Source of the DNA: a virus
Taxonomy: Duplodnaviria > Caudoviricetes
IMG/VR virus record: IMGVR_UViG_3300028886_000001
Reading direction: 5' to 3' (one strand)
DNA length: 64,000 nt
Position 1 is the stretch's first letter; each line of letters begins with the position of its first letter. Made by a program: the position numbers and the translations under genes. Shown piece after piece: positions 9,346-20,551 of the stretch. A model generated the notes under the pieces. The model was given only the letters and a program-made list of their open reading frames with translations. It did not search any database and had not been told where the DNA came from.

Positions 9346-11625
9346 ATGGATGAAATGAGTTTTGTATGTAATATAAGAGATAGATTGCTGAAAGGCGATC
9401 TATCTTGTATTACATCAGAATCTATTAAAGATATAAATGATATTAGTATGAGATTTCTTAATGGAGAAGACAATCTAGCAGAAGTAGTAAGAGAGATTAT
9501 ATTGATATCTAATATATTATATAATAACACAGATAAATCTAGATTGCCTCTAGATGATGGGGTATATGATATATTATTAGAGAAGACTAAAAAATTCTGT
9601 GAAGTTCAAGTAGGAGCTCCTAATGTATACTTCGAACCATCAGAGCAAGAAAGATTCAACCTTAAGAAAGTATGGGTTCAAAAAGAGCCTATAAATACTG
9701 AAGGTATGATGTTTTATGAAGAGCTATCTCAAGCTCCAAAGCCTAATATGCTAAAAAAGATATGGAATAAATATCACGAGATACCTGTAAGAAGAGTAGG
9801 AGATGCTGTTCATCCTTATCCAGAATTAGCTGGTACTTTGGATAAGTGTAAGTTTGTATTAAATAAAGATGCAGTAGAAAAAGGAGTCTTTGAAGATAGT
9901 AATGTAAAAGTATTAGAAAGAGATTTCTTTGGAGCAAATATTATGAATGGGATACTAGATCCTAATAGAGTATATAATATGGACTTAGAATTAAAATATG
10001 ATGGTGTATCTGTAGAAGCAGATGTATCTAATCGTATAATATCAGCAAGAAGTAGAGGAGATGCTAATAAAGGAATAGCTACAGATTTAACTCCTCTTTT
10101 AGAAGGATACAGATTTAGAAATGCTGAAGGTAAAGTAGATGATAATGATGTATTCGGAATGCAGTTTGAAGCTGTAATGTCTTATTTCAATTTACAAGTA
10201 TTCAATGAAATGAAAGGGATACAGTATAAGAACTGTAGAACTGCTATATCTGCATTATTCTCATCTACAGATGCTCTAAAGTATAGAGATTTAATAACTC
10301 TAGTACCAATAAGAACTAGTTTAGGTATAGGTAGACAAGAAGAGGTAGAGTTTATAAATAAGTATTATAATAATGGAGAGTATCTAAGACATGTATTTAT
10401 CAAAGGTACATTATCTCAATTATTGTATTCTATCTATATATTTTCTAAAGATGCAGAATATTTAAGACCTTATATGCCATTTATGTATGATGGTATTGTT
10501 GTATCATTTATGGATGAAGATGTTATAGAAAGACTAGGTAGAGTGTCTAATGTAAATCAATATCAGATGGCAGTAAAGTTTAATCCTTTAAAGAGACTTA
10601 CAATCTTTAGAGGGTATGATTATACTATAGGACAAAATGGTAAGGTTACTCCAATGATTCACTATGATCCAGTAGAGTTTTATGGTACAATACATGATAA
10701 GTCAACTGGTCATTCTTATAAGAGATTCAAGGAATTGGATTTAAGATATGGAGATATAATAGAAGTAGAATATGTAAATGATGTTATGCCTTATGTATCT
10801 AAACCAATGAATAGCGAAAATCAACAGAATGCAGTAAATCCACCAATACCATTTATAGATACATGTCCATCTTGTGGAAGTAAATTAGTTATATCTGATT
10901 CTGGTAAGGAAGTCTTATGTATTAATAAAGAATGCCCTGCTAGGAATATTAAGAGAATAGCTTCTCTTATGGCTAAACTTAATCTTAAGGACTTCTCTGA
11001 AGCTCAAATAGCTAAGATAGGAAAATATAGTTTATCTGAGATGCTTAGTTGTACTAAAGAAGATGTAGAGTTCTTAGGAGATATAACTAGTGATAAATTC
11101 ATAGAAAGAATGAATTATATAAAGACAGCTCCAATATATGATTATAATCTTATAGGAGCTTTGGGTTTTGAAGATATAGCTGTGGAGAAGTGGAAACTTA
11201 TCTTACATCAATATAGCTTATTGGATTTATATAATATGTATCTATCTAATCCAGAACAACTAAAGTTAGACCTTACTAAGATAAAAGGTATTGGCCCTAA
11301 GATATCAGAGACAATAGTATCTGAGATGGAATTCTTTATGAAGGATATACAATATATATTACAAATGAATAATATAATAATATCTAAAGGAATGAAACTT
11401 GGGAAGAAGATAAGATTTACTGGTGTTAGAGATTCAGAATTAGTAAAAGTATTATTAGACAGAGGACATTCTGCAGGGGAAGGTGCTATAACTAAAGATA
11501 CAGATATTCTTATAGTACCAGATGTAAATCATGTAAGTTCAAAGACTAAGAAAGCAGTACAATATGGAATTCAAATTGTACCATTACAAGAGTTCATAGA
11601 GAATATGGATTCATACTTAAAGTAA
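9346..11625 (+). CDS. ligA: NAD-dependent DNA ligase
   Basis: D..YD domain Ia, ELKYDG adenylation motif, SRGD, DGIVV, AVKF, CPSC...C...C zinc finger, HhH, C-terminal BRCT. Confidence 0.92.
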   Translation: MDEMSFVCNIRDRLLKGDLSCITSESIKDINDISMRFLNGEDNLAEVVREIILISNILYNNTDKSRLPLDDGVYDILLEKTKKFCEVQVGAPNVYFEPSEQERFNLKKVWVQKEPINTEGMMFYEELSQAPKPNMLKKIWNKYHEIPVRRVGDAVHPYPELAGTLDKCKFVLNKDAVEKGVFEDSNVKVLERDFFGANIMNGILDPNRVYNMDLELKYDGVSVEADVSNRIISARSRGDANKGIATDLTPLLEGYRFRNAEGKVDDNDVFGMQFEAVMSYFNLQVFNEMKGIQYKNCRTAISALFSSTDALKYRDLITLVPIRTSLGIGRQEEVEFINKYYNNGEYLRHVFIKGTLSQLLYSIYIFSKDAEYLRPYMPFMYDGIVVSFMDEDVIERLGRVSNVNQYQMAVKFNPLKRLTIFRGYDYTIGQNGKVTPMIHYDPVEFYGTIHDKSTGHSYKRFKELDLRYGDIIEVEYVNDVMPYVSKPMNSENQQNAVNPPIPFIDTCPSCGSKLVISDSGKEVLCINKECPARNIKRIASLMAKLNLKDFSEAQIAKIGKYSLSEMLSCTKEDVEFLGDITSDKFIERMNYIKTAPIYDYNLIGALGFEDIAVEKWKLILHQYSLLDLYNMYLSNPEQLKLDLTKIKGIGPKISETIVSEMEFFMKDIQYILQMNNIIISKGMKLGKKIRFTGVRDSELVKVLLDRGHSAGEGAITKDTDILIVPDVNHVSSKTKKAVQYGIQIVPLQEFIENMDSYLK

Positions 11626-11733
11626 TAGTGAAGCGTAAAAAAATATTACGCTTCTCACATTTAAATAAGGTTATAATTATATATTATAATTAAGATAAAT
11701 AAATATCCAAAAAATAAAGGGAGGAAAATTAAT

Positions 11734-12333
11734 ATGGAAATTAATTTAAACGACACTGCAATACCAATAAATTATTTGCAGTTGCTAAACACAAAAAATA
11801 TAGATTGGGATAAAAAGGATACACAGGTAGTATACGATATAGTATTCACAACTATGGTTAATGTCTTAGTATCTAATAAGACTCCAGAAATCCCATTAAA
11901 GTGTGTAAAGATAGCAACATTAGAAGGTGAATTATTATTAGGAGCAATATTAAAATTCACTCCTAAAGATGATGAACCAACTCAAGGAACTTGGGAATTA
12001 GAATTCTCAACAAATGAAAAAGACTTTGATAAGATCACAAATATCTTATCTACTGATTTACAATTCCAAAGTGCATTTAGCTTAACTGCAATGAATGACT
12101 ATTCAGTATCTTTAGAAGGTCCACATTGGACAGAAGTTCTATGCGAATCAGCTTGTAGAGTTCTACTAAATTGGCTAGATGAAAATGCAACTAAGAAAGA
12201 AGAAGTATCAGTTATACTTCCAAATGTATTTAAAGCTACAGTTACAGTAGAAGGTGATTCTAAAGAAAACTTTAGAAAAGTAATTAGTATTATTCCATTA
12301 GAAAAATTGACTCATATAATTAAAGCAGAATAA
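11734..12333 (+). CDS. Hypothetical protein (early)
   Basis: SD GGGAGG, behind AATTATATATTAT at 11675-11687. Confidence 0.7.
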   Translation: MEINLNDTAIPINYLQLLNTKNIDWDKKDTQVVYDIVFTTMVNVLVSNKTPEIPLKCVKIATLEGELLLGAILKFTPKDDEPTQGTWELEFSTNEKDFDKITNILSTDLQFQSAFSLTAMNDYSVSLEGPHWTEVLCESACRVLLNWLDENATKKEEVSVILPNVFKATVTVEGDSKENFRKVISIIPLEKLTHIIKAE

Positions 12334-12385
12334 TAAATGTAAACAACTCGTATGTGTAAGCATACGAGTTTAATTTTTTATAGAG

Positions 12386-13036
12386 GTGAGAAATATTATG
12401 AAAAAGATCTTTATAAACGATGAAGTCTATGATGTAGTAGAGCCAGAGGCTTATTACAGTAATAAAAAGTACTATGAAAAATCCAATGTAGCTATAGAAA
12501 AGGATGGTATAGTATATCCTATTATACCTAAATATTCTAAAGAACCTGGTGCAGTAGATAAAACTGTATGGTTGGAATTTAGAGATCCACCAGAAGAAGA
12601 GAAAGATAAATATTCTACAAATAATATACTAGATTTTGGAGCAGCTAAAGACTTAGCAGATATATATAAATTAAATGAAGAATATTCTGCTATAGAAAGA
12701 AGAATAATGACAGACCCAGAAGATAACTTTAAGCCACCTGTTTCTAAACAAGATTCTCCAGAAATGATGGCTTTAAAACAAGCAGTTAGTGATAAGAATA
12801 TAAATATAAAAGCTTATGAGAGAAGGTTTGGACCTACTTATGAGAATGATATAAGAATATTTAATGGTCATAAAATCACTTTAAGAAAGTTAAGAGAGAT
12901 GTGTAATGCATTAGACATTCAAGCTAAATTAACTTTATGCGATATATCTCCTGATGTAGAGAATCCTATGGGCACTGAAATAACTGTTAATATTACAGGA
13001 AAGGGGAAAGATCCAAATGAGGGTAACTCAATCTGA
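12386..13036 (+). CDS. Hypothetical protein with possible HTH in the C-terminal half
   Basis: ITLRKLREMCNALDI resembles the end of a Cro/XRE-type HTH. Overlaps the RNAP beta-N gene. Confidence 0.55.
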   Translation: MRNIMKKIFINDEVYDVVEPEAYYSNKKYYEKSNVAIEKDGIVYPIIPKYSKEPGAVDKTVWLEFRDPPEEEKDKYSTNNILDFGAAKDLADIYKLNEEYSAIERRIMTDPEDNFKPPVSKQDSPEMMALKQAVSDKNINIKAYERRFGPTYENDIRIFNGHKITLRKLREMCNALDIQAKLTLCDISPDVENPMGTEITVNITGKGKDPNEGNSI

Positions 13037-14774
13037 ATTAATCAAAAGATACAATGATGAAAACCGAGAACAATTTAATCCTAAATTGTTTGAACGTAGT
13101 GATGACAAGTTAATAGAAGCTTTAGAAACAGCTATATTATCTTGCCAAAGAGAACAGAATTTTACTATAAAGGTGCAAAGCTTCACAGTAATAAAAGAAT
13201 ACTCAGCAATAATGGGTATTATGAAGTATTATGAAGATAAGCATGGACGTAATAGAAGAAAAAGAAAGGTCAATCAATATGATTATGTAGATCTTAAAGA
13301 TTCTGATGTTATACTTCTAGTAGTTACTTATCTTATAGGAGCTAAAGATCAATGGAAGACATTAACTTCATATATCTTAGTACCTATAGTTGTAGAGAAG
13401 TATTACTATAAGATATTTGGGAATATGTATTCTTCAATATATCAAATAGTAGATGGTTCTGTTTATAATAATTCTTTAAAAGCAAATAGGAAATATCCAG
13501 CTGTGATAATGAAAACATTGTCACATCCTGTTAATATAAAGAGAACTAAGTATAAATTAAATACTATGGATGGAAGTATTTTAGAAGTAAATAATTATGA
13601 AGTATTAGTATTTAGAAAGAACTTTGGTATAATGAAGTACTTCCTTGCTAAGTATGGTATATATGATGTATTATATTTCTTAGGACTAAAGTATATAAAT
13701 TATAGCTATACTGATGTAAAAGATGATAGTTTATATACATTCAAATTAGGTAGTATATTTATAACAGTTCCTAAGATACTATTTGATAATGATAAAGTAA
13801 CTCAATCATTCATATATACTATGGTTACAGAGACTGCAGGTTCTTATGACATAGATGATATAGCTAGAAGAGAATTCTGGTTAAAGAAACTAGGAAAAGA
13901 ATTTGGTAGCCCAGTACCTGAAAAAGGTATATCTATTCTTAATTCATTAGAAGCTATAAGAGATATCAATACAGTAAATGAATTAGGTATACCTTTAGAA
14001 TATAAATATGATATATATTGTATTCTAAGATGGATTATAAGAGAATTTGATACATTAAAGAATAGAGATGGATTAGATTTGAAGTATAAGAGAATAAGAC
14101 TAGAAGAAGTTATAGCTTCATTATATACTTTGAAACTAAATAAATCTATATATATGCTATCAGATTTAGGAAGTAAAGTTACTGTAGATAAGATAGAGAA
14201 GTTTATAAGAACAAGACCTACTTATCTAATAGAAGCTATATGCAAATGTAATCTATCTAGTTATAGAAACCTTGTAAATGATTTAGATGCTATAACAGCA
14301 TTGAAATATACTTATAAAGGTGAAGGTGGAATAACAACTCCACAAATTCAATATAGACATGTACATCCTTCTCATATAGGAAGAGTTGATCCAGATTCAT
14401 CAACTAAATCTGATCCAGGTATGAGTGGTGTATTATGCCCATTAGTAGAAACTTATAATGGTCATTTTAGTAATTTTAAAGAACCAAATGAATGGGAGGC
14501 TAATTATGCTAATTTATTAGCTATGTATGAACAAGATCATCATCCAATGAAGCGTATATTCCATTATAATGAAAAACAATTATTTGGATTTAAAGAAGTT
14601 CTTGAAAGGCATAATAGAGATTTAGAATTACTAAAACCAGTAGAAAGAAAAGTTGTTTTCAAGAGAACAGAAAATACTAATAGATACTGGGAAGAAGAAG
14701 ACTATATTGAGCAAATAAGAAAACAGAATAATGAATATTTGAAACATCAGGAGGTAAAGAAAGATGAGTGTTAA
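13017..14774 (+). CDS. Non-virion RNA polymerase beta subunit, N-terminal half
   Basis: [26 protein letters not shown] corresponds to beta [35 protein letters not shown] corresponds to INGTERVIVSQL. Confidence 0.85.
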   Translation: [585 protein letters not shown]

Positions 14775-14985
14775 ATATTATTATATGTTTTCTGATAGAC
14801 AATGCAAAGAGAAGACACAAATGAATAAAATTAATAAGAATATAGCAGTAACAGATAAAGTACTTGTCAATGGGAATTGGCAGTACTATACTGCTAGAAT
14901 AACAGAATCAAATGTAGATAATTATCTTAAGCGTTATTCTGATGCTAAAGTAGTTTTAATATCAGATAATGCTAGAGTACTTTAA
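14764..14985 (+). CDS. Hypothetical protein
   Basis: 73 aa, SD GGAGG, overlapping the upstream stop. Confidence 0.6.
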   Translation: MSVKYYYMFSDRQCKEKTQMNKINKNIAVTDKVLVNGNWQYYTARITESNVDNYLKRYSDAKVVLISDNARVL

Positions 14986-14998
14986 GGAGGTAATACTT

Positions 14999-15274
14999 AT
15001 GATTAAAGTAATGACTCCTATAGATTATAATGATATAAGATGTCCTATATGTAAAGGACATCTTTATTATACTAAATCTAATATGACAGCAACTAAAGCA
15101 GATAATTCTGGAATACTTTCAGATACTCCAGATTGTTCTGTAAGTAAAGAAAATGTAAGATGCCAAAGATGTGGAGATGTATCTGCATTTTTTATAGCAT
15201 TAAATGGAAGAATATTCTATAGAAATGCTGTATCTATTCCATATAAAGATACAGATAATCCATTCGGTAAATAA
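14999..15274 (+). CDS. Zinc-ribbon protein
   Basis: CPIC...CQRC. Start moved to ATG 14999 after SD AAGGAGG. Confidence 0.65.
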   Translation: MIKVMTPIDYNDIRCPICKGHLYYTKSNMTATKADNSGILSDTPDCSVSKENVRCQRCGDVSAFFIALNGRIFYRNAVSIPYKDTDNPFGK

Positions 15275-15295
15275 TATTTAAAGGGAGAGATTGAA

Positions 15296-15937
15296 ATGAT
15301 TGACTTTAACAATAATGGATTTAAAGACATACTTGATATACTTTATAAAATATTTGTATCACCACAATCTAAATATTCTAGACCATCAAATGAAATATCC
15401 AGGACCATATATAATATAACTAATGTAGATATATCAGAAGCTAATTATATTTATTATGGCAAAGCAGATATGCTAATATTTAGAGTTAATAATGATACAA
15501 TGAAAAATATTAATGAAAGTTATGGTGATTACTATAATGATAAATCAGTAATGATAGAGAAAGGATTCATGGCTGGTAAAGCCAGACCTATATTATTTTT
15601 AGATGAAAGTATATTAGAATACAATATGAAAGATTTTTATACTAATATCAAGACTGTTATATCACAATTACTTTCTGCTAATAAAGAATTAATAATATCT
15701 TTTGGAGATAAAGAAAGAGTACACACAATTTGTATGCTATTAGCTGTTATCTTTGTAGAATCTATATATGGTTCTGAATTTGATTTAGATGAATGTATAG
15801 ATGATGAAGATGATATTGATAAGAAGATTGTTAAAGAAGCTTTAAATGAAGATAGAGATGAGCTATTTAAATATGGTAAAATATTTGGTATAATTATGAA
15901 ATATACAAAAGAGCGAGGAGACAAAGACAATGATTAA
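15296..15937 (+). CDS. Hypothetical protein
   Basis: 213-aa ORF with SD. Confidence 0.65.
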   Translation: MIDFNNNGFKDILDILYKIFVSPQSKYSRPSNEISRTIYNITNVDISEANYIYYGKADMLIFRVNNDTMKNINESYGDYYNDKSVMIEKGFMAGKARPILFLDESILEYNMKDFYTNIKTVISQLLSANKELIISFGDKERVHTICMLLAVIFVESIYGSEFDLDECIDDEDDIDKKIVKEALNEDRDELFKYGKIFGIIMKYTKERGDKDND

Positions 15938-16394
15938 TATAGGATTTAATTCTAGATTATTATTTAATATAGCAGAAGAGGATAAGAGTTTTATAAAGAA
16001 TACTTTTAACTTTACCTCTCAATATGATAATTGTAAATTATTTGTATTGGTTACTGATAAAGATAAGAGTATTAAAGAAGTAAAACAAGCTATACGTGAT
16101 TTAGGTATTAATACAGATTCATATAAACTAGTAGATACTGATAATATAAAAGAAGCTATAAAGCATTATAATATAGTACAATATGTAGATACTAGAATAA
16201 ATGAAGATGTTAAAGATATAGATTCTTTAAATAAGATAGTATTATCTAAACTATTAGAGTCTAATACAGAAATAACAGTATTGAAAAACTGGATGCAAAT
16301 ATTTACATTATTGAATATGATAGTAGTTACAGATGCTTATCCTAATAGAGAAGGTGTTAAAGATGCTAAAGATATGGAAAGTTCAAAGATATGA
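15930..16394 (+). CDS. Hypothetical protein
   Basis: 154-aa ORF, translationally coupled. Confidence 0.6.
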   Translation: MINIGFNSRLLFNIAEEDKSFIKNTFNFTSQYDNCKLFVLVTDKDKSIKEVKQAIRDLGINTDSYKLVDTDNIKEAIKHYNIVQYVDTRINEDVKDIDSLNKIVLSKLLESNTEITVLKNWMQIFTLLNMIVVTDAYPNREGVKDAKDMESSKI

Positions 16395-16665
16395 TACATG
16401 TCACAATTGTAATGAACCTAGAGCTATAGAATGCTATGATGAATATGATGAACCTATAAGATATAGTATCTTATTAGATAAGTATCTTAAAGGGAAAGAT
16501 ATATCAGAAATAATAAACTCTAGAGTATTTACCATTATGAAGTGTTGTAAATGTGGAAAAGTTTATTGTATAGATTGGACTGGTGACTTTCCTAGACCAT
16601 TAACTAATCCAATGAAGTTAGATTGGTTCCTGTTAAACTATTATAATAATAACAATATATTGTAA
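16363..16665 (+). CDS. Zinc-finger protein
   Basis: CHNC...CCKC. Probable start MLKIWK after GAAGGTG. Confidence 0.6.
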   Translation: MLKIWKVQRYDTCHNCNEPRAIECYDEYDEPIRYSILLDKYLKGKDISEIINSRVFTIMKCCKCGKVYCIDWTGDFPRPLTNPMKLDWFLLNYYNNNNIL

Positions 16666-16696
16666 AAAAATATAATCAAAAAGGGGAGAATACACA

Positions 16697-17230
16697 ATGT
16701 TATTCACAAATAAAACTTTGGAAGTAATAAAATTAGAACAAGAAAGAGTAGTTGAAATGGTTAATGTATATGGTCATAACAATACTCTACCAGTAGATGA
16801 TTCTGTAAATGAAAAAGTTACTTATGTAAAAGATGGAGTTGTACATAAATATCTTGATATTAAAGATGGTGCTTTAGTAAGTACTAAGAATAACAAGATT
16901 ACTATGGTATTAGACTCTTTAGAATATAAGTGCTTTAAATGTAATGGTAGATTTGAAGTAGCTGCTAATGATAAAGATAAGTTTACTAAAGAAAGTGAAA
17001 TCAAATATAAGAATAGAACTGAAACAAGAACTTATGGGATTGATTTAGTATCTATTGATAAAGATGAGAAAATAGCTGTAGGTAAACTTACTATGACATC
17101 TGGTCTTACATTCTTCTTAATTAAGAATGGCAATGATTTAGTATTATTAACTCATAGAGCAGCAATTAGATATATAGATGATAATAAATTAGGTATAATT
17201 TTAAAAGATATAGAATTCGTTCAACTATAA
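16697..17230 (+). CDS. Hypothetical protein
   Basis: SD GGGGAG, AACA-N6-TG at 16651, terminator at about 17238-17268. Confidence 0.65.
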   Translation: MLFTNKTLEVIKLEQERVVEMVNVYGHNNTLPVDDSVNEKVTYVKDGVVHKYLDIKDGALVSTKNNKITMVLDSLEYKCFKCNGRFEVAANDKDKFTKESEIKYKNRTETRTYGIDLVSIDKDEKIAVGKLTMTSGLTFFLIKNGNDLVLLTHRAAIRYIDDNKLGIILKDIEFVQL

Positions 17231-17333
17231 TTAAGAAAAGACTAGGAGAGATCCTAGTCTTTATTTTTCCGTAAAAAATAAAATGATTATATACTATAAT
17301 AGTGTAATATGAATTGATAAGGGAGAGATTAAT

Positions 17334-17726
17334 ATGAAATTATACACATCCTATAAAGGATTCTTAGACAAATATTGGATTAGAAGTATTACATTTAGTA
17401 ATGGAGAAGATTCATTATGTCTATCATTTAAACTTAATGCGGGAATGACAGATAAGTATGGATTCTTTAATTCTGTATCTAGTAGAGAAGTGGTTAATAT
17501 GACTACATTAGATTTCGAAATAGGTAATAATAAAGAAACAAAAAGGTTTATTAAAGATTCTTATATATCTAGTATCTCAATAGTTAATACATCTGAATAT
17601 CCTACTCTTGATTATATAAGAATATCAGATATAGTATTAAAGATAGGAAATATATTCAGAAAACCATTTAATATATCGCATGCTACTAAGATAGAATTAA
17701 AACCTTCATATAATATAAAGGATTAG
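17334..17726 (+). CDS. Hypothetical protein
   Basis: 130 aa, behind a variant early motif at 17285-17297. Confidence 0.6.
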   Translation: MKLYTSYKGFLDKYWIRSITFSNGEDSLCLSFKLNAGMTDKYGFFNSVSSREVVNMTTLDFEIGNNKETKRFIKDSYISSISIVNTSEYPTLDYIRISDIVLKIGNIFRKPFNISHATKIELKPSYNIKD

Positions 17727-17784
17727 TTATAGGCTAATCCTTTATTTTTTATATGTTCCTTAACTAATCTATAGAGGTGATTAT

Positions 17785-20481
17785 ATGAGATTCTTATGGT
17801 TTAAAGCAACCAACTATATTGGAATATACAATGGTTTAGGACTAAATGAAATAGAAATAGATTTTACTAAATGTAAAAATAGAATAATAATTATTAGAGG
17901 AGAAAATGGTTCTGGTAAGTCTACATTAGAGAATATGATAAGTTTATTACCAGATAATAACTTCTGTTATTTACCAGGTTTACCTGCAGGTAAAGAAGGC
18001 ACTATAATAGATGGAGATATAATATATAATATGAAGATAATAAGTGGTATAAAGAGGAATGGCGATAGAGAGACAACTAAAGCTTATTTATCTAAGATAG
18101 TAAATGGAGAAGAAACGCAATTAAACCCTAATGGTAATGTGACTTCTTATAAAGAGATATTATTTGATGAGTTTGGATTAGACCCAAACTTTTTATCTTT
18201 GTCTTATATAGGATCAGAGAATAGAGGATTAGTAGATATGACCCCTTCAGATAGAAAGAAGTTTGTAAGTGCTATTATAAATACAGTAGAAGTATTTAAT
18301 AATATATATAAGAAACTATCTAAGAAGTCTGCTTCATATAGAACTTTATTGAATAATATAGTATCTAAACTTAATTCTATTGGAGATGAATCATCTATTA
18401 GAATGTATCTAGTAGATATAGAGAATAGATTAAAAGTGTTAAAAGAGAATAAAGACAAACTTATACAAGATAAAGCAGAAGCTACTTCTAAAGTAAAGAT
18501 ATTAGATCCAGATGGTTCTATACAAAATAAGTATAATGATATATATAAAGATATAATAGATATTAATGCTAAGCTTAAAGATAAACTATCATATCTTAAT
18601 ACAAGTCTTGTAAATCTAGGATGTGATAAAGATACTACAGTAGATACCATTACTGTTTTATATAATAAGATAAAAGAATGTATATCTATATCGGAATCTA
18701 GATATATGATAGAAGAGAATAAGATAAATGAACTATTATTATCTAGAGAAGAAGAAGCTAAATCAATACAATCTAAGTCAGCTAGACTTGTTGCACTGCA
18801 ATCAGACAATATAGCATCAAATCTAGATGATATGATTACAGATACACGTAATAAGGTAAGTATGTGTAAGAGTATTATAGACGAGATAGGAATACAAGAT
18901 ATAGATAATATATCTAAAGACGAATTTGTATTAGGACTTAATACTTTAAAAGAAGTAAAAGAAGCTATATCTGTATTTAAGTCTAATTATGACTCACAAA
19001 TAATATTAGATGCATTATATAAAGATACACCAGATGTAGATAGTATGAATATAGAATTAGAAAGGCTTAATAATCAATTACTAAAAGCTAATTCTCAATT
19101 ACAAGAGTACGAAACTCTAAAGAAGATAGCAAGTAAATTAGAATTAAGAGATTCTAAGTGCACTATAGATACATGCGGGTTTATAAAAGATGCTTTAGAA
19201 GCTGCTAAGTCTGAACCAGATAAGAATATATCTAGTTTGGTAGAAGAGATATCTTATCTAGAGGATGAGATAGCTAATAAGAATTTAGAATATAATGAAG
19301 CTTGTGATCTATTATCTTGTAAAGCTTCTATGAATTCATTCTTAAGAAATATAAATAATAGTATGAATATATTAAGAAAACTACCTGTAAGTGATATAGC
19401 TCTAGATAATGATAAACTTATTCATGCTATAGTAAATAACTATGATTTTAAAGAGATAGATAGGTTATATGGATATATAGAATTAGCAGATACTATAGAT
19501 GAGTATAAGAGATATAAGAATACGCTAAATAATCTTGAAGCTGATTATAAGATATATAAAGCTAAGAATGATATAATAGATGAGATCTTGAAAGATATAG
19601 ATGAACTTAATAAGAAATTAGATAGTATAAATCAATCTTTAGAAGATAAAAGAAATGAAGTAAATAAGCTTAAAGATGAAGTAGTTAGACACAAATCTAA
19701 TTTAGTAGAATGTGAAGTAGTTATTAATCTATTTAGAGATATAAATGATCTAAGAAAATCTAAGCAAGAGTTAGGTAGTTCATTTGATAAGATAAAATCT
19801 GATATGATAGTAATAAAAGATAGTTTAGACGTATTAGATAAGATAGATAATGATATAGATTATATTAATAAACAGATAGAACCTTTAGAGAAAGATAGAG
19901 AGATGTATAATCATAATCTTCATTTATTATATGAATATACTCAAGAATTAGAAGAGTATAAAAGTAAGAGTACTAAAGTAGATATAATAAGAAAATATGC
20001 TTCACCAACAAAAGGTATACAGACTTTATATATAGACTTATATATGGATAAAATATTAGGCATAGCAAATAATCTATTATCATATTTCTTTAGAGGAGAA
20101 TATACTTTAGGTAAGTTTATTATAAATGAGAATGAATTTAGAATACCATGTCTAAATAATGGTATAATGAATGATGATATATCTTCTATGTCTACTAGTC
20201 AGAAATGCATGATAAGTATGATTATATCATTTGCTTTATTACAATATTCATCTGGAAGATATAATATAATAAAACTAGATGAAATAGATGGAGGATTAGA
20301 TACAGCTAATAGAGCTCAGTTTATGTCTGTTATAAATACTTATATAGGAATAATGAATATAGAGCAGTTATTCATAGTAAGTCATAATATAGAAATGGAT
20401 TATTCTATGTGTGATGTAATACAACTTAGAAAGGTAGATAATGAACCTATAGACGGAAATGTAATATATGAGTATTTGTAA
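17785..20481 (+). CDS. sbcC: SbcC/Rad50-like SMC ATPase
   Basis: Walker A GENGSGKS, long coiled coils, central Cys pair, signature MSTSQ, Walker B/D-loop LDEIDGGLD, H-loop VSHN. Confidence 0.9.
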   Translation: MRFLWFKATNYIGIYNGLGLNEIEIDFTKCKNRIIIIRGENGSGKSTLENMISLLPDNNFCYLPGLPAGKEGTIIDGDIIYNMKIISGIKRNGDRETTKAYLSKIVNGEETQLNPNGNVTSYKEILFDEFGLDPNFLSLSYIGSENRGLVDMTPSDRKKFVSAIINTVEVFNNIYKKLSKKSASYRTLLNNIVSKLNSIGDESSIRMYLVDIENRLKVLKENKDKLIQDKAEATSKVKILDPDGSIQNKYNDIYKDIIDINAKLKDKLSYLNTSLVNLGCDKDTTVDTITVLYNKIKECISISESRYMIEENKINELLLSREEEAKSIQSKSARLVALQSDNIASNLDDMITDTRNKVSMCKSIIDEIGIQDIDNISKDEFVLGLNTLKEVKEAISVFKSNYDSQIILDALYKDTPDVDSMNIELERLNNQLLKANSQLQEYETLKKIASKLELRDSKCTIDTCGFIKDALEAAKSEPDKNISSLVEEISYLEDEIANKNLEYNEACDLLSCKASMNSFLRNINNSMNILRKLPVSDIALDNDKLIHAIVNNYDFKEIDRLYGYIELADTIDEYKRYKNTLNNLEADYKIYKAKNDIIDEILKDIDELNKKLDSINQSLEDKRNEVNKLKDEVVRHKSNLVECEVVINLFRDINDLRKSKQELGSSFDKIKSDMIVIKDSLDVLDKIDNDIDYINKQIEPLEKDREMYNHNLHLLYEYTQELEEYKSKSTKVDIIRKYASPTKGIQTLYIDLYMDKILGIANNLLSYFFRGEYTLGKFIINENEFRIPCLNNGIMNDDISSMSTSQKCMISMIISFALLQYSSGRYNIIKLDEIDGGLDTANRAQFMSVINTYIGIMNIEQLFIVSHNIEMDYSMCDVIQLRKVDNEPIDGNVIYEYL

Positions 20482-20522
20482 AACTCCTATATTACAATTG
20501 TATATTATTATCTTGACATAAT
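20471..20522 (+). repeat. 52-bp early-promoter leader repeat, copy 2
   Basis: Matches 1859-1910 and overlaps the last codons of sbcC. Confidence 0.85.
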
Positions 20523-20551
20523 ACATATAATATAAAGGGAGGATGATTATT

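Noticed and set aside
18204-18809. Long antisense ORFs (also 35477-35860, 51976-52452, 56204-56611 and others)
   Set aside because: They lie opposite well-supported genes and have the Ser/Leu/Ile-rich composition typical of antisense shadows.
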